DNA of 64,000 nucleotides from Vicinamibacteria bacterium (GTDB taxonomy: Bacteria; Acidobacteriota; Vicinamibacteria; Vicinamibacterales; JAENWD01). Under the pieces are notes generated by a model. That model was given only the letters and a program-made list of their open reading frames with translations, was not told where the DNA came from and did not search any database. Numbering within the stretch: position 1 is the first letter of the stretch; each line of letters begins with the position of its first letter. Below are positions 17,461-28,473 of the stretch, piece after piece. Both the position numbers and the translations under genes were made by a program. The stretch spans positions 15,818 to 79,817 of the forward strand of contig CAVOPA010000010.1 of assembly GCA_963697705.1 (NCBI GenBank), in the 5' to 3' direction.

Positions 17461-18555
17461 CTACATGACGTCGCGGGTTACGGGACGCCAGTCCGCACCG
17501 CCCGAGGTGTACCAGCTCCTCCACGCGGCGGCATCGTGCGGCAGCGTCTGGCCGGTGATGTCGCGCAAGGCCTGGAATACCCATTTCCGTGTCTCGGCAT
17601 CGAGCGACCCATCATCGGCGAAGTCGAGCAGACGCGGCACGGCCGTGCGTCGCTGACGCTCGCTCAGCATGCCCGACTGCGCCAGCCCGCATGCGGCGCG
17701 CTCACGAATCATGGGCGAGGTGTCGTTGCGCAAGACATCGAGCAGCGGAGCGATGACCTCGTCGGTGCCGAGGTAGGACAGCCCCTCGACTGCCCAGTAG
17801 CGGATGTTCACGTTGTCGTCCTGCACCGACGACAGCAGGATCTGCGCGGCGCGCGCGGGCTCGATGCCGCGGCTGCCGAGCAGGCCGATATCCCAGAGCG
17901 CATTCGCGCGCGGCCCTTGCGCTCCGCTCCGCGCGTCGGGTTCCAGACGGTCGATCGTGGAGACGGACTTCTCCAGGCCGCGTGCGACGATGTCCACTTC
18001 GATGGCCGCGGCGCGTACGCGCAGGTCGCCGGAGTTGAGCGCCGTGGAGTAGAGGTTCGTCAGGCGATCATCGAGCGTGATCCCGCCGCGCCATCGTCCC
18101 ACACGTGCGGCGATCTGCTCGTTCGCGCCGCGGTAATGGTTGATGGACCGCTCGAGCAGCAAGCCCGCCTGCTGCTGTGGCGTCATCCCGTCCAGCACTT
18201 CGATCTCGTGTTCGGAGAGGACGTTGGCGGAGGCGCGCTCCGGCCCGCCCTGCAGGCTGAGAAAGTGCGTGAACTCTTGCCATGCCGCTCGTGCGGTGCG
18301 TGAGCCTGCGAAGAAGGCGAGCAACAGCCCGCACACCGCGATCCCGATGGCGCGTCCGCGGCGGTTCGGGCGGCGGGGTGCCGTCCGGACGACGTTGCCG
18401 GATGAGTCGAACGTGATCCGCCGATTCAGATCGTCCACGTGAGCAGTATAAGAGCTCCACCGTTGACTGTGACCTTCCCTGTCACTGTCGTCGCACATGC
18501 TGGTCTGGCCGCGATCGACGTCGGCATTGACACGATCGCGCATTCGCAGGAGCAT
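17461..18555 (-). CDS. Membrane-anchored HEAT-repeat protein
   Basis: The TM segment AIGIAVCGLLLAFFAG is followed by HEAT/PBS-lyase-like repeats (..LLDVLRNDTSPMIRERAACGLAQSG..). The start is uncertain (18555, 18543 or 18498). The listed start at 18765 would overlap the addB start region. Confidence 0.7.
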   Translation of the reverse strand: MLLRMRDRVNADVDRGQTSMCDDSDREGHSQRWSSYTAHVDDLNRRITFDSSGNVVRTAPRRPNRRGRAIGIAVCGLLLAFFAGSRTARAAWQEFTHFLSLQGGPERASANVLSEHEIEVLDGMTPQQQAGLLLERSINHYRGANEQIAARVGRWRGGITLDDRLTNLYSTALNSGDLRVRAAAIEVDIVARGLEKSVSTIDRLEPDARSGAQGPRANALWDIGLLGSRGIEPARAAQILLSSVQDDNVNIRYWAVEGLSYLGTDEVIAPLLDVLRNDTSPMIRERAACGLAQSGMLSERQRRTAVPRLLDFADDGSLDAETRKWVFQALRDITGQTLPHDAAAWRSWYTSGGADWRPVTRDVM

Positions 18556-18752
18556 GGCGCCGGCCCTCTCGACATCCGCGCCGCCAGCCCGCTGGTAACC
18601 ACATTGCCCGTCCGTACACTGCAGCACGCTGATCCGGTCAACCCGAAACCGGCGGAGCGCTGCGCCGATGCCGCCGCCGACGTGCCGTCGCCGCGGCCGG
18701 CTCGGTTTGTGGGTGGCTTGCCCGCTACGCATGGCACACGGGGGATGCACGC

Positions 18753-21700
18753 GTGTTGAGGTCACGAGGCGAGGTGTTCGCCTCGCGCGCGGCGTCGAGA
18801 CGGCGTGCCCGGGCGGCGGCGTTCGTGAGCGGACTGCCCACCGGCGCGGAAGTGCTGATCGTGTCCGCGAGTCGCGGCGCGGCCGATGATCTCGCTCGCG
18901 ATCTCGCGCGACGCGCGGCCGCCACCTTCGGGCTGCACCGCTTCAGCCTTGCCCAACTCGCCGCGCGCCTCGCGGCACCGCGCCTGGCGGCGGCGGGCCT
19001 GGTGCCGGCCACTTCGCTCGCCGCCCAGGCGATCGCGGCGCGCGCCGTGTTCGAGGCCAGGACGGCGGGAGCGCTCGAGTACTTCGCTCCCGTTGCCGCG
19101 ATGCCGGGCTTCGCGCCCGCGCTCGCGCGCAGCCTCAACGACCTGCGGATGGCCGATGCCGCGGCGCTGGCCATCGAGCGGGCGGGCGAGGGCGGACGTG
19201 ATCTTGCCGCGCTGTACGGCGCGGCAGTCGCGCAGTTCGATGCCGGGGGCGCCGCCGACCGCGCCCGGTTGTTCTCGGCCGCACGAGAAGTGCTCGAGTC
19301 GGGCGCGTCGTTCTGCGAGGGCAGGGCGGTGGTGCTCGTGGACGTCGTCGTCGACACGGCGGTCGAGCGCGCGTTCGTAGGGGCGCTGCTCGGGAGGGCT
19401 TCGGCATGGCTCGGGTGCGTGCCGGTCGAGGACGAGTCCACGCGCACACTGCTGGATCCGCTCGTCGCACGGGTGGATGTCGACGAGGATGCCGGTGACG
19501 GAGAGCTGACGAGGCTCCGGCGTCACCTGTTTCAGCGCGGTCAGCCCCCTGGCGCCGAACGCGGGACCGATGTCGTCTTCTTCTCCGCGCCCGGTGAGGG
19601 CCGCGAGGCCGTCGAGGTTGCGCGCTACGTGCTCGACGAAGCGCGCCGCGGCGTGCGCTTCGACGAGATGGCCGTGCTGCTGCGCTCGCCGCGGGAATAC
19701 CTGGGGCTGCTCGAACACGCGTTCGCCCGTGCTGGCATCTCCGCGTCGTTCGGTCGCGGAACACGCCGGCCGCATCCCGCTGGCCGCGCCCTCCTCGCCC
19801 TGCTGTCGTGCGCCGACGAGAACCTCTCGGCGAACCGCTTCGCCGAGTACCTGTCCCTGGCGCAAGTGCCCGATGCGGCCACCGCGGACGCGAGCGACGG
19901 GCCGGGCGGTGGTAACCGCTGGGCGCCGGGCTTCGACCCGGCTGACATGAAGAACGTCGGCGCGGGTGGTGGTCACCACGTAGCGCCGGGCGGTGGTCAC
20001 CACGCAGTGCCGGGCAGTGGTCACCACGTAGTGCCGGGCTTCAGCCCGGCTGACACCGCGTCTGCGCGCGAACCGGCGAAGTCCGCTGACGCGCGGCCCC
20101 GTAAGGGAACGGCGAAGCCCGCAGCCCGGGGCCAGCAGTCTGGCGTCTCGCAGCCGTCGCTGTTCGACGACCCGGCTCCCGTGCGTCCCCTGGACGATGC
20201 CCTGGCCACCGGCGCCGAGCGCCTGGAGGTGGGGGACCTCGAGCCCGTCGAACCGGACGCCGCGTCCGCAGAGACCGCCTCGCCAGACGAGGGGGTCGTG
20301 CACGGCACCGTGCGCGCGCCGTACCGCTGGGAGGAGTGGCTCGTCGCGTCGGCCGTCATCGCCGGACGCGAGCGCTGGCGGCGACTGGACGGCATCGCGG
20401 CCGAGTACCGCCTGCGGCTGAAGGAAGCCAGACGGGAAGACGCGCAGTCACCCCGCGTGCGCGGAATCGAGCGCGACCTGTCGAATCTCGAGCACCTGCG
20501 TGCGTTCGCGCTGCCGCTGGTCGATGAGTTTGCCGCGTGGCCCGAGAACGGCACGTGGGGCGAGTGGCTCGACCGCCTCGAGGCGCTGGTGCCGCGCGTG
20601 ATTCGTCAGCCGCTCGTGGTGCAGCGCGTGCTCGCGGAACTGCGTCCGATGTCGGCCGTCGGCCCGGTCTCGCTGCGCGAGGTTCGCGAGGTGCTGTCGG
20701 ATCGGCTGCGAACGGTCGCCGTCGAGCCGCCGCCGAGCCGCTACGGCCGCGTGTTCGTCGGCACCGCCGAAGAAGCCCGCGGCCGCGTCTTCCGCATCGT
20801 CTTCGTCCCCGGCCTGGCGGAGCGCCTGTTTCCGCAGAAACTGCGTGAAGACCCCCTGCTGGCCGATGCTGTTCGCCGCGAGGTATCGGGTGGCCTGAAG
20901 ACCACGAGCCAGCGCGCGGCGGACGAGCGCCTGCTGCTGCACCTCGCCGTGGGCGCGGCGGCCGAGCGCGTGTACCTGTCGTATCCGCGCATCGAGCTGC
21001 GCGAGGCACGTCCGCGGGTGCCGTCCTTCTACGGCCTCGATGTGATGCGCGCGATCACGGGCCGCGTGCCAAGCCACGAGGAGCTGCAGGACGCGGCGGC
21101 GCGGGAGACGAGGGCGGCGCTCGCGTGGCCGGCCCCCGAGACAGCCGCGCGAGCGGTGGACGACTTCGAGCACGACCTGTCGGTGCTCGGCGGTCTGCTC
21201 GCGACCCGCGACCCGCTGGCCGTGAAGGGGCGCGCCCGGTATCTGCTCGAGTTGAACGAGCACCTCCGGCGCTCGCTGACGGAGCGGTGGAAGCGCTGGA
21301 AGCCGGCGTGGACCGATCAGGACGGGCTCGTCGCGGCAACGGAGACGGTGAAGATCGCGCTCGAGGGACAGCGGCTTGCGAGCCGCCCGTTCTCGCTGAC
21401 CGCGCTCCAGCGGTACGCGTCGTGTCCGTACCAATTCCTGCTGTCCGCGATATACCGGCTGCAGCCGTTCGAGGAGCCGACGCCGCTGCAGCGTCTCGAC
21501 CCGCTGACGAAGGGCGCGCTGTTTCACGCGATTCAGACGGCGTTCTACCGCGAGCGGCAGGCGGCCGGCGCGCTGCCGCTCACGCGCGAGAACCTGGCCG
21601 ACAGCCTCGCGGCGCTCGATCGAGCCGTGTCGCGGGTATCCGAGGCCGAGAAGGATCTGCTCGCGCCCGCCGTGGATCGCGTGTGGCGCGACGAGATCGG

Positions 21701-22304
21701 CGCGCTCCGCAAGGACCTGCGGCGCTGGGTGGTGCTGCAGGCGGAGTCCGGCGATGGCTGGCGGCCCGAGCGGTTCGAGTTGAGCTTCGGCCTGCCGCTC
21801 GACGCGGATCACGACCCGCAGAGCGTGGCCGATTCGGTCGTCGTCGATGGCCGCTTCGTGCTGCGGGGCTCGATCGATCTCGTGGAACGGCACACCACCT
21901 CGCGTGCGCTGCGCGTGACCGACCACAAGACCGGCAAGAACCGGACGGCTGTCACGACCACCGTCGACGGCGGCCGCACGCTGCAGCCGGTGCTCTACAG
22001 CCTCGTGGTGGAGGAGATGACCCACGAGCCGGTGACGGCAGGACGCCTCTACTACTGCACGCAGGCGGGGGGCTTCACGAGCCACACCGTGCAGCTGGAC
22101 CCGATTGCGCGCAAGACCGGCCTGCACGCGCTCGAAGTGATCGACCGCGGCGTCGAGCTCGCATTCCTGGCCGCCTCGCCCGCGAGGGGCGCGTGCGAGT
22201 ACTGCGATTACCGAACCGTGTGCGGCCCTCTCGAGGAGAAGCGCGCCGGGAAGAAGAACAAGGGTCTCCTCGCCGACCTGCTTGCCTTGAGGGATCTGCC
22301 GTGA
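18753..22304 (+). CDS. addB: AddB-type helicase-nuclease subunit (inactive helicase-like N-terminus, C-terminal PD-(D/E)XK nuclease with Fe-S cysteines)
   Basis: 1183-aa ORF with GTG start. No GxGKT Walker A in the N-terminus (LIVSASRGAADDL). C-terminal GSIDLVERH...LRVTDHKTGK nuclease motif, plus Cys in ASCPYQF and CEYCDYRTVC (four-Cys cluster as in AddB). Immediately upstream of a UvrD-type helicase-nuclease gene. Confidence 0.85.
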   Translation: MLRSRGEVFASRAASRRRARAAAFVSGLPTGAEVLIVSASRGAADDLARDLARRAAATFGLHRFSLAQLAARLAAPRLAAAGLVPATSLAAQAIAARAVFEARTAGALEYFAPVAAMPGFAPALARSLNDLRMADAAALAIERAGEGGRDLAALYGAAVAQFDAGGAADRARLFSAAREVLESGASFCEGRAVVLVDVVVDTAVERAFVGALLGRASAWLGCVPVEDESTRTLLDPLVARVDVDEDAGDGELTRLRRHLFQRGQPPGAERGTDVVFFSAPGEGREAVEVARYVLDEARRGVRFDEMAVLLRSPREYLGLLEHAFARAGISASFGRGTRRPHPAGRALLALLSCADENLSANRFAEYLSLAQVPDAATADASDGPGGGNRWAPGFDPADMKNVGAGGGHHVAPGGGHHAVPGSGHHVVPGFSPADTASAREPAKSADARPRKGTAKPAARGQQSGVSQPSLFDDPAPVRPLDDALATGAERLEVGDLEPVEPDAASAETASPDEGVVHGTVRAPYRWEEWLVASAVIAGRERWRRLDGIAAEYRLRLKEARREDAQSPRVRGIERDLSNLEHLRAFALPLVDEFAAWPENGTWGEWLDRLEALVPRVIRQPLVVQRVLAELRPMSAVGPVSLREVREVLSDRLRTVAVEPPPSRYGRVFVGTAEEARGRVFRIVFVPGLAERLFPQKLREDPLLADAVRREVSGGLKTTSQRAADERLLLHLAVGAAAERVYLSYPRIELREARPRVPSFYGLDVMRAITGRVPSHEELQDAAARETRAALAWPAPETAARAVDDFEHDLSVLGGLLATRDPLAVKGRARYLLELNEHLRRSLTERWKRWKPAWTDQDGLVAATETVKIALEGQRLASRPFSLTALQRYASCPYQFLLSAIYRLQPFEEPTPLQRLDPLTKGALFHAIQTAFYRERQAAGALPLTRENLADSLAALDRAVSRVSEAEKDLLAPAVDRVWRDEIGALRKDLRRWVVLQAESGDGWRPERFELSFGLPLDADHDPQSVADSVVVDGRFVLRGSIDLVERHTTSRALRVTDHKTGKNRTAVTTTVDGGRTLQPVLYSLVVEEMTHEPVTAGRLYYCTQAGGFTSHTVQLDPIARKTGLHALEVIDRGVELAFLAASPARGACEYCDYRTVCGPLEEKRAGKKNKGLLADLLALRDLP
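19917..20051. repeat. REP-derived sequence inside the addB reading frame (3 x 24-bp tandem units plus hairpin)
   Basis: gctgggcgccgggcttcgacccggc, then ggtggtcaccacgtagcgccgggc / ggtggtcaccacgcagtgccgggc / agtggtcaccacgtagtgccgggc-ttca-gcccggc. Translated in frame as GGHHVAPG GGHHAVPG SGHHVVPG FSPA. Confidence 0.7.
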
Positions 22305-22374
22305 GCGGGTGGGGGATGAAGGACGCGCTCGTGATGGGTGATGGTTTTTGGCTCGCGACCGTGGCGGCGCGACC

Positions 22375-25300
22375 ATGACGCTGATGCGCGCACGAGTGCT
22401 GGACGATGCTGCAGACCGGGACCTGATCCGCAGCGCCCTCGACGACACCCTCGTTGTCGAGGCCGCCGCGGGTACCGGCAAGACGACCGAGCTCGTCGCG
22501 CGCATCGTGCGGCTCGTGGCCGCCAAACGCGCGACGATCGATCGGATTGTCGCCGTCACCTTTACCGAGAAAGCCGCCGGCGAGCTGAAGCTGCGGATCC
22601 GCACGGAGCTGGAGAAGGCGCGTGCGGCCGGACGCGCGGCTGTCGCATCGGGTGCGTCTCAGCACGCACCGGAGCTCGTCGCGCTGGACGAAGCCCTCGA
22701 GCACCTCGAAGAGGCGCACGTCTCCACCATCCACGGCTTCTGCGCGGACCTCCTGCGCGAGCGTCCCGTCGAGGCCGGCGTGGACCCCGGCTTCGAGGTC
22801 CTCACCGAGCCCGGCGCCGAGCGGCTCTTCGACCGGGCGTTCCGTGAGTGGTTCCAGCACGGGCTCGAGGATCCACCCGAGGGCGTGCGCCGTGCGCTGC
22901 GCCGGCTGCCGCCGGCGTGGTCGCCATATGCAGACGAAGAAGACGGCCCCGTCGCGCGCCTGCGAAAGGCGGCCGTGGACCTCCGCGAGTGGCGCGACCT
23001 CCGCGCCCCGTGGCGCCGCGACCCATTTGATCGCGACACGGCGGTCCGGACGTGCGTCGCCGAGCTCTGCGCGTTCGCCGATCTCACGGCTCACCCGTCC
23101 TGGGACAAGGACCCGCTGTTCGAAGCCACCCGGCCGCTGCGCACGCTGGCCGCCGATTTTCGCCGCATCGCCGAGGAGGGGAATGCAGCGCGTCCAAGCG
23201 ACATGGCCGAGCGCGTCGATGCCGAGAGGTCCGTCGCCGGGCGCGAGCAGTCCGCCCGCCCTACTCAATCGTCCGCCCCCAGCGGTGACGAGCGCCAGCG
23301 ACCCACGCCTGGCGCCGAGCGTCTGGAAACCCTCGACTCGATGGAGGCCACTCTGGTCCGCCTGGTGAAGTCGAGCGAGTTCAAGGACATCGAGAAGCGG
23401 AAAGGCAAGAAGCCGGACTACGGGAAGGGCGTGGCGCGCCAGCAGGTGTTGGATGCCTACGAGCTGCTGAAGACGTCGTTGACGGCGTTCGCGCGCGCTG
23501 CCGATGCGGACCTCGCCGCGCTGCTGCAGCGTGAGCTGCTCACGTGCGTGGATCTGTACGGCGAGCTGAAGTCGAGAGCGGGCGCGCTCGACTTTCTCGA
23601 CCTGCTGCTGAAGGCACGCGATCTCGTGCGCGACTGCGCCCCGGTCCGGCGCGGGTTCCAGGAGCGATTCAAATACATCCTCGTCGACGAGTTCCAGGAT
23701 ACCGATCCGCTGCAGGCGGAAATACTCCTGCTCCTGGCGGGACAAGCCCCGGAGTCCGGAGCCCGGAGCCCGGAGCCAGACTGGCGCAGCGTGCCGATCA
23801 GGCGCGGCGCGCTGTTCGTCGTCGGCGACCCGAAGCAGTCCATCTATCGCTTCAGGCGAGCAGACGTCGGCATCTACCAGGAGGTCTGCGACCTCCTGGT
23901 CGCTCGACACGGAGCCCGCCGCGTGCATCTGCGCACGAACTTCCGTACCGTCCCAACGATCCAGCACGCCGTCAACGCGGCCTTCGCACCCGCCATGCGG
24001 CGCGACCATGTGTCGCTGCAGGCGGACTACGTGGCGCTCTCGCCGCACAGAGAAGAACTGCGGCTGCACGACGAGCGTCCGAGCAGCGCGGATGCACAGA
24101 CGACCGGATCCACGTTGCAGGATGCAGGCTTCGGGCCGCGTCTGGCGCGAGGCCTGGAGGCTGAACAAGGCCCGCAGCCTGGCGAGACGCAGCCGAGCCT
24201 CATCGTCCTGCCGGTCCCCGATCCCTACGGGATGCGGAACATCGCGATGGGGCCGATCGAGTCGTCGCTTCCGGATGCTGTCGGCGCGTGGGTGCAGTGG
24301 CTGGTGCGCGAGAGTGGCTGGACCGTGACCGAGCGGCGCGAGGCCAGCGTGGTCGAGGTGCCGGTGGAGCCGCGACACGTCTGCATTCTGTTCCGCCGCT
24401 TCACGAAGATGGGGACCGATATGACGCGGCCGTACGTGGACGCGCTCGAAGCGCGCAGCGTGCCGCACCTGCTCGTGGGCGGACGATCGTTCCACGATCG
24501 CGAGGAGGTCGAGACCCTGCGCGCGGCGCTCGCCGCGATCGAGTGGCCGGAAGACGCGCTGAGCGTGTATGCCACGCTGCGCGGCGGCCTCTTCGCGATC
24601 GGCGAAGAGGCGCTGCTCGAGTACTGGCACACGCATCCGCGCCACCGGTTCCATCCGTTCGACGTGCCCGAGGATCTGCCGCCGCGCGTGCAGCCGGTCG
24701 GCGAGGCGCTGGCGCTGCTCAGGACCCTTCACGCCGGCCGCAATCATCGTCCTGCGGCCGAAACCGTCGGCCGACTGCTCGAGCACACGCGCGCGCACGT
24801 CAGCTTCGTCATGCGTCCAGCCGGCGAGCGCGTGCTGGCGAATGTGCTTCAGGTCGTGGAGCTCGCGCGTCAGTACGAGGCCGATGGCGGCATCTCGTTC
24901 CGCGGCTTCGTCGACGCGCTGCGCGAGGCCGCGGACCGGAGCGGGTCGGCCGAGGCGCCCGTGCTCGAGGAGGGCAGCGACGGCGTCCGCCTGATGACCG
25001 TGCACAAGGCCAAGGGACTCGAGTTCCCGGTCGTCATCCTCGCGGACATCACCTGCAAGCTCAATCGCAACGACGCCAGCCGATACATCGACCAGGCGCG
25101 TGGCCTGTGCGCGATGCCGCTGGCCGGCTGTGCGCCCGCCGACCTGCTGGATCACGAGGCCGTGGAGATCGCCCGCGAAGCCGCCGAAGGCGTGCGCCTG
25201 GCGTACGTCGCCGCGACCCGGGCGCGCGACGTGCTCGTGGTGCCGGCGATCGGCGATGGCGAGTACCGATGGCTGGCTCGGCACGCTGAACGCCGCCATC

Positions 25301-26320
25301 TATCCTCCGCGCGATATCCGTCGAGACCCTGAGGCAGCCCCCGGCTGTCCGCAGTTCGGCACCGATACCGTGCGCACTCGCCCCGACGGCGAACCCCCGA
25401 GAGCCGATACTGTCCGCCCCGGCCTGTATTCGCTGCCGCGCACGCCAGGCGTCGAGCGAGAACGTCTGGGGCAGGACTGCGGCGCTGCAATCAGCCCCGC
25501 CCTGGCGGCTTCGCTGAGCCTCGCACATTCCGCGAAGGCGCCGGAGCCCGACGAGCCGAGCGCTGATCAATACGACGCCGAGCGAAGCTACAACGTCGTC
25601 TGGTGGGGCCCCGGCGCGCTGCAGCTCGACGCCGAACCCCCGTTCGGCCTGCGGCGCGAAGATCTCATCGCGAAGGATGCGGGCGAGTCGGTCGTGAGCG
25701 AGGGACGAACGGTCTACGACGCCTGGGCTCTCGATCGCGCCACCGCGATCGCGAATGGCTCCGCGCCATCGCTCCTCATCCGGACCGTCACCGAGTTCGC
25801 GCACTCCGGCGAGTGGCCGTCCGGCATCGCCGAGCTCCCGCCGGTACAGGTGATCGAGCTGCCGCGCGAAGGCGGGCGTCCGAGAGGCCGCCGCTTCGGC
25901 ACGCTCGTGCATGCCGTTCTCGCGACCGCGCCGCTCGACGCGGACGGCGCCTTGCTCCGTGCGCTTGCGACGCTGGAGGGTCGGATCCTGAATGCGCCGG
26001 AACAGGAAATCGCCGCAGCCGCGGACCTCGGTGCGCGCGTGCTCGCGCACCCGCTGCTGGCGCGTGCCCGCGCCGCCGAGGCACAGGGCCGATGCCGGCG
26101 CGAAGTGCCGGTCACGTTGACCCTGTCCGACGGCCGCCTGCTCGAAGGCGTGGTCGACCTCGCCTACGAGCACGACGGCGCGTGGACGGTGATCGACTTC
26201 AAGACGGATGACGACCCGGGCGCGATGCTCGGCGCGTACTCCCGCCAGGTTGGCTTGTACGCGTCGGCGCTCGCGCGCACCACGCTGCCGAGACCGACCG
26301 GGGTCGTCCTGGTTGTCTGA
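22375..26320 (+). CDS. addA: AddA-type UvrD/PcrA-family helicase with C-terminal RecB-type nuclease; apparent frameshift near 25262
   Basis: [12 protein letters not shown] (Walker A), [10 protein letters not shown] and [13 protein letters not shown]. ...[21 protein letters not shown] continues as [15 protein letters not shown]... in the frame of ORF 25100..26320. That ORF ends with the nuclease motif [24 protein letters not shown] at 22375 preferred over the listed TTG at 22348. Confidence 0.85.
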
Positions 26321-26471
26321 ACGACGCCGCGAGTTCAGGATTGGCCCCGCTGTGCGCGAGACTCTCGTCTGTCCGCCCTCTGACCGATACCCTTCCCGTT
26401 TCTGCGAGTCACATCAGCATGAGTTGCAGAGGCGGGTGAAGCGAGCTGCCTGCGATACGATGCGCTGACGC

Positions 26472-27423
26472 ATGCCCCACGAAGCCGTGCCGGAGATGAG
26501 CCGTATCATTGTCCGACCTCTCCTGCACGCCGACATCGATGACGCGCTTGCGCTCAGTTCGACCGCCGGTTGGAATCAGCGGGCCGAGGACTGGCGCATG
26601 CTGGTGACCCTCGCCCCACACGGGAGCTTCGCGGCGCTCAGCGGCGGGCGCATCGTGGGAACCGCGATCGGTATCGACTACGGCGGGTTCTCGTGGATCG
26701 CCATGATGCTGGTGGCGCCGGAGTACCGCGGCCGCGGCCTGGGGCGCCGGTTGCTGCAGGCGGCGCTCGAGGCAGTACCCGCCCATACGCCCGTTCGCCT
26801 CGACGCCACTCCCCTGGGCCGACCGCTGTACCAGGCGTTCGGGTTCGAAGACGAAACTGCCATCACGCGCTGGGTTGCCGACTCGTCGAGCCGTGTGTTG
26901 CCGGCCCTCGCGGGGTCCGCGAGCGCCTTCCACGTTCGCCGGCTGAGTGGAGCGGATTTTCCTGCTCTCGCCGTGCAGGATCGGGAGGTGTTTGGCGCGA
27001 ATCGCCGAACCGTTCTCGAGTGGGCACTCGATGCGGCCCCGGGCTACGCGTACGCGATCGACGGCGGCGCCTCGGCGTTCCCGGCGCAGGTACTGCCTGG
27101 GCCGGCCCGGTCGCCTCTTCGATCAGATCGGGCCGGTCGTCGCGGTCAGCGACGAGGCGGCGCAGGCACTGGCTCGCGAGGCACTGCACGCCGCGCGCGG
27201 CCGTGCCGTGGTGATGGATCTCTTCGACGTCGAGCGCAGCGTGGGCGCGTGGCTGCAGGCGTGTGGCTTCCACGCGCAGCGCCCGTTGTTCCGCATGCGC
27301 CTGCCGCCGAGAATCACGGCAGGCCGCAGGGCGGAGTTCCTGCCCAGGGAAACGGCGCGGGACGATCAGAAGCACGTCGCCCATCTTCGGGAGTTCGCAA
27401 CCCTGGGACCGGATTTCGCCTGA
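26472..27423 (+). CDS. GNAT acetyltransferase with C-terminal YitI-like domain; apparent frameshift near 27080
   Basis: IAMMLVAPEYRGRGLGRRLLQAAL is an acetyl-CoA-binding motif. After ...GYAYAIDGGASAF the family-like sequence RRYCLGRPGRLFDQIGPVVAVSDEAAQALAREAL...RPLFRMRLP...ATLGPDFA continues in the frame of ORF 26947..27423. Confidence 0.7.
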
Positions 27424-27441
27424 GCCGCGAGGAGCCTGACG

Positions 27442-28473
27442 ATGCTGCCCGATTACATTCACAGTGAGAGCGAACTCGAGGAGACGCTTGCCGAGCCCTC
27501 CGAGGCCGACCTCGCGTGCGTGCGGCGCGTCGCGGGCGACGTCCTGATCCTCGGCGCCGGCGGCAAGATGGGACCCTCGCTGGCGCGCCGCATCCGGCGC
27601 GCCGTCGAGCGGACGGGCGCCCGGATCCAGATCGTGGCGGCGTCCCGGTTCTCGTCTTCCACCCTTCGCGCGCAGCTCGAAGCCGATGGCATCCCGACGC
27701 TCGCGTGCGACCTGCTCGATCGCGCCAGCGTTGCCGCGCTGCCGCGCACGCCGCACGTCCTCTTCCTGGCAGGCCGCAAGTTCGGCACGCTCGATCGGTC
27801 CGATCTCACATGGGCCATCAACACGGTCGTGCCCGCCACGGTCGCCGAGCACTTCCATGACTCTCGAATGGTCGTGTTCTCAACCGGCAACGTCTACCCC
27901 CTGGTTGCGGCGAATGGCACCGGGTCCACGGAAGACGACCTGCCCGCGCCGGTGGGTGAGTACGCGCAATCGTGCCTGGGCCGCGAGCGCGTCGTCGAGT
28001 TCGTCTCGCGCGAGCACGGGCTCCGTGCGCTGATATTCCGCCTCAACTACGCGGTGGATCTGCGCTACGGGACGCTCGTCGACATCGCCCGCCGGGTATT
28101 CAACGGAGAAGCCGTTGACCTGACCGTTGGATTCTTCAATGCGATCTGGCAGGGAGATGCGAACAGCTACGCACTGCGCAGCCTCGAGCTCTGCTCGTCG
28201 CCGCCGGTCGTGCTCAACGTCACCGGCCCCGAACGCATTGCCGTTCGCGACGCCGCGGAGTGGTTCGGCGCGGCGTTCGGACGGCCGCCGCGGTTCGAGA
28301 ACACGGAGGGCCCGGTCGCCTTGCTCAGCGACTCGAGCCGCTGTCGCGCGCGGCTCGGTGAGCCAGATGTCCCGCTCGCCCGATTGAAGCAATGGGTCGC
28401 GCACTGGGTCGAGGCCGGCGGCGCCTCATTGAACAAGCCGACCCGCTTCGAGGTCGCCGATGGCCGTTTCTGA
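27442..28473 (+). CDS. NAD-dependent epimerase/dehydratase family protein
   Basis: 343-aa ORF. VLILGAGGKMGPSLARRI is a Rossmann GxxGxxG motif. The length and layout fit an SDR-type epimerase. Confidence 0.8.
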   Translation: MLPDYIHSESELEETLAEPSEADLACVRRVAGDVLILGAGGKMGPSLARRIRRAVERTGARIQIVAASRFSSSTLRAQLEADGIPTLACDLLDRASVAALPRTPHVLFLAGRKFGTLDRSDLTWAINTVVPATVAEHFHDSRMVVFSTGNVYPLVAANGTGSTEDDLPAPVGEYAQSCLGRERVVEFVSREHGLRALIFRLNYAVDLRYGTLVDIARRVFNGEAVDLTVGFFNAIWQGDANSYALRSLELCSSPPVVLNVTGPERIAVRDAAEWFGAAFGRPPRFENTEGPVALLSDSSRCRARLGEPDVPLARLKQWVAHWVEAGGASLNKPTRFEVADGRF

